Source of the DNA: Paraspadella gotoi
Taxonomy: Eukaryota; Animalia; Chaetognatha
NCBI GenBank assembly: GCA_051294375.1
Contig: CM119270.1
Location: 797,584-834,185, forward strand
Reading direction: 5' to 3'
DNA length: 36,602 nucleotides
Shown here: positions 22,602 through 36,480 of the stretch, piece after piece
Layout: each line of letters opens with the position of its first letter
How positions within the stretch are numbered: the first letter of the stretch is position 1
Position numbers and translations under genes: made by a program
The notes under the pieces: generated by a model
What the model saw: the letters and a program-made list of their open reading frames with translations, nothing else
What the model was told of the DNA's origin: nothing
Databases searched by the model: none

Positions 22602-23236
22602 NNNNNNNNNNNNNNNNNNNNNNNNNAGAGAGATCACCCTCCTTTCCTTCACTTCCGAATATTCTCCAAGACAAACTGAATTATACTCAGCAGACGAATT
22701 CTTTAAACGTCATTAGCAAGCGCAAGAGTATAATTTTAGTTATAATTTTATAAATTTTAATAATTTTTCCAAAAAATAATCATAGACCAGAATTATTATT
22801 TATTTTTCACTCAATTCTCTTTCGGCTCCTCATCCAGCTCCCGTTACCGTCTCCCAACCCCGCCCTTAGCCCCCCTTCAATCGCCCTCTTCCTCTAACCC
22901 GCTTAACCCCTCTACCACCTCACCACTTACCTCTTAGCTCACCTTCCCGTCCTTTCTATCCTTTTTCTCAACTCACCTTCTCTAATCTCATTATTCCCTT
23001 TCACAGAAACAATTTTTTTTTAAAAAAAATGTGCGTGCGCCTTCATAATAATGTCTGTTCCTGTCACCCTCCTTGCCCAATATTTTGGTCTTTGCTGACC
23101 TCTTGGAATTTCTCTCTCTCTGTCTATCTTTCTGCTCTCTCTCCCCCAATCTCATCTGCATCTTCTCTGCTCTCGTCTCTGCTCTCTCTCTCTCTCCTCT
23201 TTTTCCCATCTCCGCCGTACAAAAAAAAAAGGTCAG

Positions 23237-23421
23237 AATACGCCTTGGATAGGTTTCCGGCCAGGTGTGCGCGAGCAAAACTACTGCCTTGGCCGCCGCA
23301 GCCGCCGGCCGGCCGACTTAGAAGCGAAAATATGGGTCACATTCTGCGGCATAAATCAGAAGCAACGGAGCGAAATTATTTGCCGGGAAGATGGCCGTTG
23401 GCGAGTGATAAACGCCCGTGT
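23237..23421 (+). CDS. Candidate sushi/CCP-domain exon (frameshifted)
   Basis: Frames combine to PWIGF.P.C..QNYC..PPQPPAG...VTFCGINQKQRSEIICREDGRW/SDKRP.C, which contains the CCP C-terminal signature I-x-C-x-x-D-G-x-W-S-x-x-x-P-x-C. Confidence 0.45.
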
Positions 23422-23449
23422 GGGAGAGAGTGTGTGAGAAAAGTGTGTG

Positions 23450-23576
<127 letters not shown>

Positions 23577-23999
23577 AGATTCACATGATTAAGAAAGTTA
23601 ATAAAAGTTGAATAGAGAAAATAACTGGTGAGGAAGGGCTCCAGAAAATGTGAGGATCCGATGTCATTTCGATGTTGAAATTGTGATAAGATGTCATTGA
23701 ATGTCGATGACATCTGGTTAATTCAGACCCTCTTCTTTAGATCATGAATCAGCAGAAAATGAAAGAAAGAAAAAGAAATAAAGAAAGAAAAAGAAAGAAA
23801 GAAAGAAAGAAAGAAAGAGAAAGAAGGAGAAAGAAAGAGAAAGAAAGAAAAAGAAATAAAGAAAGAAAAAGAAAGAAANNNNNNNNNNNNNNNNNAAAGA
23901 AAGAAAGAAAGAAAGAAAGAAAAAAGAAAAGAAAGGCTGTCACGTGACCCCCACTCACTCGTGAATTCACCAGAATTTTCTCTCTTTCCTTGATTTGTT

Positions 24000-24075
24000 T
24001 ACGCAGTGAAACTAGGGTTAAAAGCGCGAGGGGCTTTTCACTGAATCCGCCGACCGAGAAAGAGTTTGATATCGC

Positions 24076-24117
<42 letters not shown>

Positions 24118-24445
24118 AGAGAAGAGAGGAGGAGAAGAGAGAGAGAGAGAGTGTTTGATATCGTCGAAATTCCCTTTAGTCGGAAACACTTTGGCGCCAG
24201 CATCGAACCTTTCTTCTTCCGCTCGCGCTCTCTTTTGTAATCTCTCTCTTTCTCTCTCTCTCTCTCACTCATTCTCCCGCAAGGTTTTTTGTGTTATAAA
24301 AGGAACAAATAAAAAAGATTTTTTTTTGAAAGAAGTTTCAATTGGAATTTTCTTTGTGAGGAGAAAAAGGCAGAGTATCTTACGGCATTACAGCATGTAT
24401 TCCGGAAAATGTATGGAAATTCCTCTGAATAATTCTTTGCTTCCT
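24000..24445 (+). CDS. Further candidate sushi/CCP segments interrupted by microsatellites
   Basis: SETRVKSARGFSLNPPTEKEF (24005-24070), CLISSKFPLVGNT (24152-24190), NFLCDGKKQ...CIPENVW...C (24345-24441; duplicate 29566-29656); frameshifts are needed to join them. Confidence 0.3.
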
Positions 24446-24488
24446 GTTCGTTTCTCTCTCTCTCTCTCTTCTCTCTCGTCTCTCTCTA

Positions 24489-24529
<41 letters not shown>

Positions 24530-24886
24530 CCATTAATTCTTCCCCATCCTTTTTATTGGTGGCGCCAGAAACATTTTTCCGAAATTAGCGCAAATAATAG
24601 CAGAGGAGGGAAGCAAGCTCTCCTCTCGAACCCGCCCTCTCCCTCTCTATCTTTTTCTTCGCCCTCCTCTCCCTCTCTTTCTCGCCTTTCCCTCCTCTCC
24701 CTCTCTATCTTTTTCTTTTTCCTCTACTTTTCCTTTCTTTTTCCTTTTCATAATTCCTTAGTTTTGTTTTCTTTCCAAACGCTTCGCCCACCTTACTTAC
24801 TGTTCGCTTACCTCTACCTTTCTTTCCCTTTTTTTCTCTTTCTTTTCCACCTTTCTTCCTTTTCCTTCTTATCTTCATTCCCTACG

Positions 24887-25464
24887 TCGTTCTGGCTCCG
24901 ATAGCGAGGCCCTGTAGAATACTTTTCCGTCATCCACCGTACTAGGCTCATATAGTGTAGTCGTTCTGCTCGATAAGCGAGGCCCTGTGATATTTTTCCG
25001 CATCTCCCAACCTACTAAGGCTCATATAGTGTAGTCGTTCTGGGCTCGATAGCGAGGCCTGTGATATTTCCGTCAATCCACCCCTACAAGCCTCATATAG
25101 TGTAGTCGTTCTGGCTCGAAGCGAGGCCTGTGATATTTTCCGTCATCCACCCTAACTAACTCATGTAGTGTAGTCGTTCTGGCTCAAATAGCGAGGCCCT
25201 GTGGATTATTTCTCCGTCATCCCACCTACTAAGCTCATATAGTGTGTCGTTCTGGCTCGATAGCGAGGCCCTGTTGATATTTTCCGTCATCCCACGCCTA
25301 CTTAACCATATAAAGTGTAGTCGTTCGTTCTGGCTCGATAAGCGAGGCCCTGTGATATTTTTTCGTCATTCCACCCTACTAAGCTCATAAGTTGTCGTTT
25401 CTGGCTCGATAGCGAGGCCCTGTGATATTTTCCGTCATCCAACCCGTACTAAGCTCATATAGTG
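24887..25464. repeat. 70-bp minisatellite, about 8 noisy units
   Basis: Same unit as 30112-30527, with indels. Confidence 0.9.
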
Positions 25465-25699
25465 CGCTCCCCCCTCGAACCAGAATCAAAAGTGGGCGTG
25501 TCCACCCGTCCAGCCCCCGCCGCCATCGCGATTGGGCGTCGACTTCGTTGTCGGCGCCGATCTCCTCTTATGATGGATCTTCGTCGTCGTCGTCGTCGTC
25601 GTAGGTCGTCGTCGTGGAATACTATTAAAATCCTAGATCGATGGGTTTGTAAATATTATAAAACGCTCCCAGGAGAGAGAGAGAGAGAGAGAGAAGAGA

Positions 25700-25731
<32 letters not shown>

Positions 25732-26357
25732 AAAGAGAGAGAGAGAGTTTCGATTCATATCATAGGCTGAGTCATTCCCTGTTCGTTCTTTCCAGAAACT
25801 CGGAACTAAACGCCTTCAAAACCTTCATGTCCGTCCGTCGTCCTCCGTCCGGTGTCCGTCCGGCCGTCCATTCGTCCCGTTTCAACCTTCCATCTTTCCA
25901 TACATAACTCTTCTCATTTCCGTAGTTAAAAAAAAAGAGTTTTAAAATGTAACGTTATATTCGATATTCGATATAGATTCGGACGAAAAAAATCTTGGTA
26001 AAATCTTCATACATTTGGCCAAAAAAAATGGAATCTTCCATCGATTGGAGACTCGAACTTCAAAGGGCGGGAATCAATCATTTCAAGGCGTAAGTCCGTC
26101 GGTCGTCGTCGGTCGGGTCGTCGTCGTCGTCGTCGTCGTCGTCCTTAAAAATATTCGGTAGGCCCCGTGGCCGAGTATCAAAACCGCGACGTCTCTAACC
26201 ACCGTCTCTCTTTCCCATCACGCGCGGGTGGTGAGAGAGAGAGAGAGAAGGAGAGGGAGAGAGGAGGAGAGAGAGAGAGAAGGGAGAGAGGAGAGAGAGG
26301 AGATGAAAAGGGAGAGAGAAGGAGAGAAGGAGAGAGAGAGACGGAGAAGAGGAGAGA

Positions 26358-26920
26358 CTTGTCGGTCTAAGAATGAAAGAGAATCGCATCGACAGAATCA
26401 AAGAGTTAGAAGATCAGGAGATCAGCAGATGGAGAATTGCTTGAGAGGTATTGCCAGATGGCAATGGGTTTTTTGCAAACGGAGGATAAAAGGAATCTAG
26501 GATGAGGGAAGTTGAAAATGAAGCGAAGTTGCAAAGGAAACTGCGTAGCAATTAGCAAATGGTAGGATTAGAAACATCCTTGTATCTGATGCTGGGGCGG
26601 GAGTAACAAATATAGGATTCCTCGATCTTAATTACTTATAGGGAGTGATCTTTCATACAATTGAAAACATTCTTTGAAATATTATACCACTTCATGATAG
26701 GAAGCCATGTATCTGGGAGTGAAAAACGGACTGTGAGAGAGGTCTTGATGAAAAGCTTGCAGGGACCTGCTATGTCATATCTTGTAAAGTGAGAGGCTTA
26801 AAACAGCAAGCCTGTCCAAAGTCAGGGCAAGATACTAGCTTATTCATTAAATGAATGGATAATTCTTATAGTTTTACCAATGTTCATTAACAATATTATA
26901 AAAGTGAATATTAAAAGCTA
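26358..26920 (+). pseudogene. Noisy duplicate of the 31339-31912 L-like fragment
   Basis: Collinear with 31339-31912 and shares the K*M nonsense codon (attaaatgaatggat). Confidence 0.45.
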
Positions 26921-28079
26921 ATTACGGAGTCAAGCAAGACCAAGAGCTATATAAGTATTAAAAGCTAGCGATGATAAAAAGCAACCGAGAGCGATCTAGA
27001 GCGATGAAGAAGCGAACTTAGAGCGATCCAAGAGCGACTTATATGAGCGATCAAGAGCGACTTATAGAGCGATCAAGCGACTTAGAGGATCAAGACGAGA
27101 AAGCATATTAAGAGCGATTCCTTTGAAAAAGACGACATCTTTGAATAAAAAATTTCCTGCGAATAAAATTGCATCCAGACTTAATCAAAAGTAGAGGAAG
27201 AACTACGACGAATAACGACGACAGTTGCCAACCGAAAAACAAACGAACGAAAGATGATAACATCAAATTATGCTAAAACAACAATCATACTTATAACGAC
27301 GAAGATGACAAGATAACAAGAAACGAATGATTAAAAAGAGACAATAACGTTAGAATGACGACAACGACCGAGTGAAAGATTATAAAACGACGATACACGA
27401 TAAAACGACGACGAATGATACAGGACTCAGTGATGTTGGAACGAATCGAATCTTCTTAGAGATTAATCACAGAGACGGGCGCCAGAGCTGTTGTTGGTTG
27501 TTTTTTGTCGTCGGGGGGTCGGTGTCGTCGTCGTAAATGAAATACGAAAATGAAAAGTCAAGTTTAATTGTCGAGGCATCAAAAAGTTTAAAAGCCGATG
27601 AAACGACGACGACGGACGGAGACTACGAACGACGAAGATGACGACGGACGATGATACGAGGACGACGAAATGGGACGGGCGGACGACGGATACGACTACG
27701 AGGAAGGGAGAGGGGGACGCGGGGAGGGGGCGGACGAAGAGGGGGGAGAGGAGCTGGGAGAGGGAGGACCGACACCGCGGGCTATAGATTATAGGAAATT
27801 GATTGGGAAACACCGGGGCACGGACGGAGGGGACGACGACGCAAAAATAATTTCACAAGCCCACTGGATTCAGTACGAGGAAAGAGAGGCGAGACGGACG
27901 CGCCAGACGCCCGGGCGGCCCGGGGGGGGGGCGCGGGTGGGGGGGGTGGGCCAGCACAACAAGACAAATTATTGCCTGGGGGGCCGAAAGATTGGGCCCG
28001 CCTGGCGTTGGCTTTGAAAAAACTTTGAATTATGCGGAGAAGAAGAGGATAGAGCAGAATGAGAGAAGAGAGAGAGAGA

Positions 28080-28110
<31 letters not shown>

Positions 28111-29666
28111 AGAGAAGACCTCATCTTCACTTAAGCCCAGAGAATTCTGTTCTCTCATCTCTCTCTCTCTCTCTCCTCCTCTCTCTCCCTCGTCGATCAT
28201 CTCATCTCTCTCGTCCCATTTTTTCGCCGACTCCACCCCACCTTTCCGCCTCCGTCTTCCGCCTGTGACGATACCAGGTGCGGCCCACGAAGCGAAAAAC
28301 GCAGGACGGCCGAGATCCGAATCGGCGGTCAAAAACGGCGCCCGGTGGAATCTAAAGACCTGGGGGCGGCCGCTGAGGAGCCGACGCTGAAGGCAGAGCC
28401 GGATGTTCTTGGCACTGGAATTTTTTTGTTTCTTTGATTTTAATTTCACACGTTGAATAATTCTTTTGTTAATTTATTTTAATGCGCAATATATACACTA
28501 ATTTGTTTTTATTTACTCTGTCTTTTTTTTCTTTTCCAACGTAAATTCTTTTTTTTTTTTTTTTTTTCTTTTTTTCCCTTGTTTTTTTTTGTTTTTCTTG
28601 TAAAATTATTTTCTTTAGTTTTTTTTTTTTTTTTCTCCTCATTATTTTTTAATTTTATTCTACTTTCCACAAACCATGGCACCCTTTTTCTCCTTACCGT
28701 TTTCCTTTGAACTTTCCACTCATTTCTTATTCTTTAAAAAAACTTATCCGCGCGGCCCCATATTTCTGTGCGAGGCCTTTCTTTTTCAGTCTTCATGTAT
28801 TTCTTCTCTTTATCTCTTCTGTCTTCCCATTTCCTACTCTTTCTTCTCTTTCCTTCTACTTTCCCTTCTTTTCCTCCTCTCTTTCCTTTCCTGTGTTCCC
28901 TTCCCTTTCCTCCCTTCCTCTTCTTTTTTAAATTTCCTCAACTCTCCTCCTGCCGCAGTCCTCCTCCTCCTCTCCACGTCTCACCAATTTTCCTACCTTT
29001 TTCCTTTCCGCCTTTCGCCCTTCTTCGCCCCCTTCTTTCCCCTTTCTCTCTCCTAATATTTTCTTCCTTTATCTACCCCCCCACCCCCCTTTGGCCCACC
29101 TCGCCCCACTACCTTTTCCTTTTTTTTTTCTCATCTTCTTTCGTATCTTCAGACTCAGCTGGGAAAAATGAGAAAAGTGAAAAAGAAAAAAGGAAAAAAA
29201 AGAAGAAGGAACAACAACGAGGGGGGGGGAAGGGGCAGGGGAGGGGGAGGCGTGCTTTGTAGCCCTTCCGCACTTCCTTCACATCTCACCGGTTGTCAGG
29301 TGACGGGGGGACCCGCGGCGTGCCCGGACCGCGCGTGTGAGGCAAAAAAGGAAAACCGGAAAGTGAGCGACGGACGGGACGAACGAGACCGATGGATAAG
29401 CGAAGAGACGGAGAGAAGTAGCACGAGCTGACGACGACTGGGGACNNNNNNNNNNNNNNNNNNNNNNNNNCTCTCTCTCTCTCTCACTCATTCTCCCCAA
29501 GGTTTTTTGTGTATAAAAGGAACAAATCAAAAAAGATTTTTTTTTTGAAAAGAAGTTTCAATTGGAATTTTCTTTGTGATGGAAAAAAGCAGAGTATCTT
29601 ACGGCATTACAGCATTCGGAAAATGTATGGAAATTCCTCTGAATAAATTCTTTGCTTCCCTGGTTC

Positions 29667-29769
<103 letters not shown>

Positions 29770-30111
29770 CCATTAATTCTTCCCATCCTTTTATTGGTGG
29801 CGCCAACATTTCTCGGAAATTAACGCAAATAATACAGAGGAGGGAACAGGCTCTCCTCTCGAGACCCGCCCTCTCCCTCTCTATCTTTTTCTTCGCCCTC
29901 CTCTCCCTCTCTTTCTCCCTTTCCCTCCCTCTCCCTCTCTATCTTTTTCTTTTTCCTCTACTTTTCCTTTCTTTTTCCCTTTTCATATTCCTTAGTTTCT
30001 TTTCTTTCCCAACCTTCGACCCACCTTACTTACTTTCCTTACCTCTACCTTTCTTTCCTTTTTCTCTTTCTTTTCCCCTTTCTCCTTTTCCTCTCTTATC
30101 TCATTCCCTCC

Positions 30112-30527
30112 GTCGTTCTGGCTCGATAGCGAGGCCCTGTGATATTTTCCGTCATCCACCCTACTAAGCTCATATAGTGTAGTCGTTCTGGCTCGATAGC
30201 GAGGCCCTGTGATATTTTCCGTCATCCACCCTACTAAGCTCATATAGGTAGTTCGTTCTGGCTCGATAGCGAGGCCTGTTATTTTCCGTCATCCACCCTA
30301 CTAAGCTCATATAGTGTAGTCGTTCTGCTCGATAGCGAGGCCCTGTGATAATTTCCGTCATCCACCCTACTAAGCTTCATATTAGTGTTAGTCGTTCTGG
30401 CTCGAATAGCGAGGCCTGTGATATTTTTCCGTCATCCACCCTACTAAGCTCATATAGTGTAGTCGTTCTGGCTCGATAGCGAGGCCCTGTGATATTCCGT
30501 CATCCACCCTACTAAGCTCATATAGTG
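30112..30527. repeat. 70-bp minisatellite, 6 units
   Basis: Unit GTCGTTCTGGCTCGATAGCGAGGCCCTGTGATATTTTCCGTCATCCACCCTACTAAGCTCATATAGTGTA; starts at 30112 and 30182 give period 70; no spacers. Confidence 0.95.
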
Positions 30528-30724
30528 CCTCCCCCCCTCGAACCAGAATCAAAAGTGGGCGTGTCCACCGTCCAGCCCCCGCGCCATCCGATTGGGCGTC
30601 GACTTCGTTTGTCGGCGCCGATCTCCTCTTATGATGGATCGTCGTCGTCGTCGTCGTAGTCGTCGTCGTGGAATACTATTACTAAATCCTAATCGATGGG
30701 TTTGTAAATATTAAAACGCTCCCC

Positions 30725-30782
<58 letters not shown>

Positions 30783-31117
30783 ATTCATATCATAGGCTGA
30801 CGTCATTCCTGTTCGTTCCTTTCCAGAAACTCGGACTAAACGGCCTTCACCTTCATGTCCGTCCGTTCGTCCCTCCGTCCGTCCGTCCGGCCGTCCATTC
30901 GTCCGTTTCACCTTCCATCTTTCCATACATAACTCTCTCTCATTTCCGTTAGTTAAAAAAAAGAGTTTTAAATGTACGTGTATATTTCGATATTTCGATA
31001 TAGATCGGACGAAAAAAATCTTGGGAAAATCTTCATACATTTTTTGGCCAAAAAAAATGGAAATCTTCCATCGAAATTGGAGACTCGACTTCAAAGGGCG
31101 GGAATCATCATTTCAAG

Positions 31118-31158
<41 letters not shown>

Positions 31159-31227
31159 CTTAAAATATTCGGTAGGCGTGGCGAGTATCAAAACCGCGAC
31201 GTCTCTAACCACCGTCTCTCTTTCACG

Positions 31228-31912
<685 letters not shown>

Positions 31913-31962
31913 TTACGGAGTCAAGCAAGACTCAAGAGCTATGTATAAGTAATTAAAGCTAA

Positions 31963-32115
31963 AGCGATGATTAAAAAGCGAACGAGAGCGATCTAGAGCG
32001 ATGAAGAGCGACTTAGAGCGATCAAGAGCGACTTATAGAGCGATCAAGAGCGACTTATAGAGCGATCAAGAGCGACTTAGAGCGATCAAGAGCGATGAAG
32101 AGCGACTTAGAGCGA
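31963..32115. repeat. 10-12 bp tandem repeat (AGAGCGATCA / AGAGCGACTT)
   Basis: About 14 units alternating gatca/gactt(at) endings; noisy copy at about 26965-27120. Confidence 0.9.
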
Positions 32116-33254
32116 CCCTTGAAAAAGACGACATCTCTTGAATAAAGAAAATTCTGCGAATAAAATTGCATCCAGACTTAATCAAAAGTAGAGGAGGAAC
32201 TACGACGATAACGACGACAGTTGCCACGAAAAAAACGACGATAATGATGATAACATCAATTATGTACTTATAACAACAATCATACTTATAACGACGAGGA
32301 TGACAACGATAACAAGAACGATGATTAAAAAGACGACAATAACGTTAGCAATGACGACAACGACGATAGTGAAGATTATAAATACGACGATGACGACGAT
32401 AATAACGACGACGAATGATTACAAGGACTCAGTTGATGGTTGGAATCGAATCGAATCTTCTTGAGATTAATCACAGAGACGGCGCCAGAGCTGTTGTTGT
32501 TGTTGTTTTTGTCGTCGTCGTTGTCGTCGTCGTAAATGAAAACGAAAATGAAAGTCAAGTTTAATGTCGACTTTAAAGCCGATGACGACGACGACGACGA
32601 CGACTACGACGACGAAGATGACGACGACGATGACTACGACGACGAAGATGACGACGACGACTACGAAAAAAAAAGAGAGAGATCACAGATAACGACGACA
32701 GTTGCCACGAAAAAAACGACGATAATGATGATAATCAATTATGTTACTTATAACAACAATCATACTTATAACGACGAGGATGACAACGATAAACAAGAAC
32801 GATGATTAAAAAGACGACAATAACGTTAGCAATGACGACAACGACGATAGTGAAGATTATAAATACGACGCATGAGACGATAATAACGACGACGAATTGA
32901 TTACAAGGACTCAGTTGATGGTTGGAATCGAATCGAATCTTCTTGAGATTAATCACAGAGACGGCGCCAGAGCTGTTGTTGTTGTTGTTTTTTGTCGTCG
33001 TCGTTTGTCGTCCGTCGTAAATGAAAACGAAAATGAAAGTCAAGTTTAATGTCGACTTTAAAGCCGATGACGACGACGACGACGACGATACGACGACGAA
33101 CAGATTGACCGACGACGATGACTACGACGACGAACGATGAACGACGACGACTACGACGACGAAGATGACGACGACGACGACGCAAAATATTTCAGCCCTG
33201 GATTCAGACGAGAAAGAGAGGAGACGGCGCCACATTGGCTTTGATGACGAGAGA

Positions 33255-33294
<40 letters not shown>

Positions 33295-33383
33295 TGAGCA
33301 GAGAGAGAGAGAGAGAGAGATGAAGAGAGAGAGAGAGAGAGACTCATCTTCCTTAACCCAGGAGAATTCTTTCTCCTCTCTCT

Positions 33384-33453
<70 letters not shown>

Positions 33454-33569
33454 ATTTTTTCNNNNNNNNNNNNNNNNNNNNNNNNNGACGCCAAAATATT
33501 TCAGCCCTGGATTCAGACGAGAAAGAGAGGAGACGGCGCCACATTGGCTTGATCGACGAGAGAGAGAGA

Positions 33570-33634
<65 letters not shown>

Positions 33635-33656
33635 CTCATCTCTTAACCAGGAGAAT

Positions 33657-33692
<36 letters not shown>

Positions 33693-33764
33693 TTCTCTCT
33701 CTTCTCTCTCTCTCTCTCTCCTTCTCTCTCTTCCTCTCTCTCTTCTCTCTCCCATTTTTTCCGC

Positions 33765-34508
33765 GACTCCACCCCAACCTTTTTCCGCCTCCCGTCTTGA
33801 CGATATCGCGCCACGAAGCGAAACGACGCCGGAATCCGAATCGGCGTCAAAACGGCGCCGGTGGAATCTAAGACTGCGGCGCCGCTGAGGAGCCGAGCTG
33901 AGCAGCCGAGATGTCTTGGCACTGGAATTTTCTTTTTGTTTCTTTGATTTTTTAATTTCACGTTGAATAATTCTTTTGTTAATTTATTTAATGCGCAATA
34001 TTACTTAATTTGTTTTTAATTTACTCTGTCTTTTTCTTTCCAACAAATTCTTTTTTTTTTTTCTTTTTTTCTTTTTTTGTTTTTCTTGTAAATTTTCTTT
34101 TTTTTTTCTCTTCTTATTTTTTAATTTTTCTATTTCCAAACAAACCCTCCCTTTTTCTCCTTACCTTTTCTTGACTTTCTCATTTCTTAACTTATCCCCA
34201 TTTCTCTTCTTTCCCTGATTTCCCTTTCTCTTCTTTTTTAAATTTTTCTCACTCCTCTCTCTCTCTCTCACCAATTTTCACCTTTTCCCTTCTTTTCTCT
34301 CCCTATTTCCTTTATCCCCCCTCTTGGCCCCCCCCCATACCTTTTCCTTTTTTTTTCTCTCTCTTCGTATCTCAAGCTGAAAAAAAAGAAAAAGGAAAAA
34401 AAGAAAAAGGAAAAAGGAAAGGAACACACGAGGGGGAGGGAGGGGGGAGCGTGCTTCTCCGTTGTTTCAGGACGCCGACCGCGTGAGCAAAAGAAAACCG
34501 GAAGTGAA

Positions 34509-34546
<38 letters not shown>

Positions 34547-35149
34547 CGCGATACGGCGCCAAGGAGGCGGGACCGCGAAACGAAAATGACGCTGGAAGAG
34601 GAGACCGAGAAAAATGCGGCGGAAGAGGGGGAGGAAAGGGGGAGGTGGAGGGAGGAAAGGAAAAGGGAGGTCGTAAATGGGAGGAAAGAAAAGGAAGGAG
34701 GGGGAAGGGAAGAAAGGAAATGGAGGAAAGGAAAGAAAAGGGAGGAGAGGAAATAGGAAAGAAAAAGAAAAGGAGAAAAAAAAGAGGAGAGGAAAGGAAA
34801 GGAATGAGAATGGGAGGAAAGAAAAGAAAGAGAAAAAAAAGAGGAGAGGAAAGGAAAGGAAGGAGGGGAATGGGGGAAAGAAAAGAAAGGAGAAAAAAAA
34901 AAGGAGGAGGAAAGGAAAGGAAGGAGGGAATGGGAGGAAGAAAAGAAAGGAGAAAAAAAGAGGAGAGGAAAGGAAAGGAAGGAGGGGAATGGGAGGAAAG
35001 AAAAGGAAGCAAAGAAGGAACGGGGAGCTTTGATTAAGAAAGTAGAAGAAATTATTATGAGGAACATGAAGGGAAGATAAGATTGATAGAAAGATTCAGA
35101 GAAGGAAGATTAAGATTCAGGGGAGGAGATAAAATGTGAATCTTCTCTC
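33765..35149 (+). repeat. About 1.4-kb direct tandem duplicate of 35153-36602
   Basis: Both begin gactccaccccaacc and end aaaatgtgaatcttctctc; high identity; no N gap between them. Confidence 0.9.
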
Positions 35150-35167
35150 CGCCGACTCCACCCCAAC

Positions 35168-35312
35168 CTTTTCCGCCTCCCGTCTTCCGGACGATATCGG
35201 CGCCACGAAGCGAAACGACGCCGGAATCCGAATCGGCGTCAAAACGGCGCCGGTGGAATCTAAGACTGGGCGCCGCTGAGGAGCCGAGCTGAGCAGCCGA
35301 GATGTCTTGGCA
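35168..35312 (-). CDS. Possible internal exon of an unidentified gene
   Basis: GC-rich 145-nt island bounded on the minus strand by ttccag| and |gttggg, with two open frames (CQDISAAQLG...RKTGGGK or AKTSRLLSS...RREAEK). Also present at about 33780-33922 and 28240-28413. Confidence 0.3.
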
Positions 35313-35895
35313 CTGGAATTTCTTTTTGTTTCTTTGATTTTAATTTCACGTTGAATAATTCTTTTGTTAATTTATTTAATGCGCAATATTACTTAATTTG
35401 TTTTTATTTACTCTGTCTTTTTCTTTCCAACAAATTCTTTTTTTTTTCTTTTTTTCTTTTTTTGTTTTTCTTGTAAATTTTCTTTTTTTTTTCTCTCTTA
35501 TTTTTTAATTTTTCTATTTCCAACAAACCCTCCCTTTTTCTCCTTACCTTTTCTTGACTTTCTCATTTCTTAACTTATCCCCATTTCTCTTCTTTCCCTG
35601 ATTTCCCTTTCTCTTCTTTTTTAAATTTTCTCACTCTCTCTCTCTCTCTCTCACCAATTTTCACCTTTTCCCTTCTTTTCTCTCCCTATTTCCTTTATCC
35701 CCCCCTCTTGGCCCCCCCCCCTACCTTTTCCTTTTTTTTTCTCTCTCTTCGTATCTCAAGCTGAAAAAAGAAAAAGGAAAAAAGAAAAAGGAAAAAAAGG
35801 AAAAGGAACACACGAGGGGGGGAGGGAGGGGGGAGCGTGCTTCTCCGGTTGTCAGGACGCCGACCGCGTGAGGCAAAAGGAAAACCGGAAGTGAA

Positions 35896-35936
<41 letters not shown>

Positions 35937-36059
35937 CGCGATACGGCGCCAAGGAGGCGGGACCGGAAACGAAAATGACGCTGGGAAGACGCGAGAAAAA
36001 TGGCGGCGGGAAGAGGGGGAGGAAAAGGGGGGAGGTGGAGGGAGGAAAGGAAAGGGAGG

Positions 36060-36480
36060 TCGTAAATGGGAGGAAAGAAAAGGAAGGAGGGGGAAGGGAA
36101 GGAAAGGAAATGGAGGAAAGGAAAGAAAAGGGAGGAGAGGAAATGGAGGAAAGAAAAGAAAGGAGAAAAAAAAAGAGGAGAGGAAAGGAAAGGAATGAGG
36201 GGAATGGGAGGAAAGAAAAGAAAGGAGAAAAAAAAAGAGGAGAGGAAAGGAAAGGAAGGAGGGGAATGGGAGGAAAGAAAAGAAAGGAGAAAAAAAAAGA
36301 GGAGAGGAAAGGAAAGGAAGGAGGGGAATGGGAGGAAAGAAAAGAAAGGAGAAAAAAAAAGAGGAGAGGAAAGGAAAGGAAGGAGGGGAATGGGAGGAAA
36401 GAAAAGAAAGGAGAAAAAAAAAGAGGAGAGGAAAGGAAAGGAAGGAGGGGAATGGGAGGAAAGAAAAGGAAGCAAAGAAG
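36060..36480. repeat. About 62-bp polypurine minisatellite
   Basis: Unit ggaggaaagaaaagaaaggagaaaaaaaaagaggagaggaaaggaaaggaaggaggggaatg, about 6 copies with one pyrimidine per unit; duplicate at about 34675-35015. Confidence 0.9.

Larger units (their letters stand above)
24252..29445 (+). repeat. Noisy tandem duplicate of about 29471-34540
   Basis: Collinear blocks (70-bp array, L-like fragment, AGAGCGA repeat, 145-nt exon-like piece) ending at a 25-N gap. The second copy has internal duplications (about 32195-32660 vs 32685-33180, and 33180-33461 vs 33487-33760). Confidence 0.9.

Noticed and set aside
29992-30361. ORFs in the 70-bp repeat (LYELSRVDDGKYH, Ig-like)
   Set aside because: The period is not a multiple of three, stops recur every 210 nt, and the Ig cysteine is missing.
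30112-30527. 70-bp unit as a tRNA, hammerhead ribozyme or spliced-leader array
   Set aside because: GCTCATATAGTGTAGTCG looks like a tRNA 5' end, but there is no B-box/T-arm or acceptor pairing, no CTGATGA...GAAA core on either strand, and no clear GT donor plus Sm site.
32490-32510. PacBio SMRTbell adapter remnant (GTTGTTGTT)
   Set aside because: The flanking TCCTCCTCCTCC and GAGAGAGAT adapter parts are absent; this is a simple (GTT)n.
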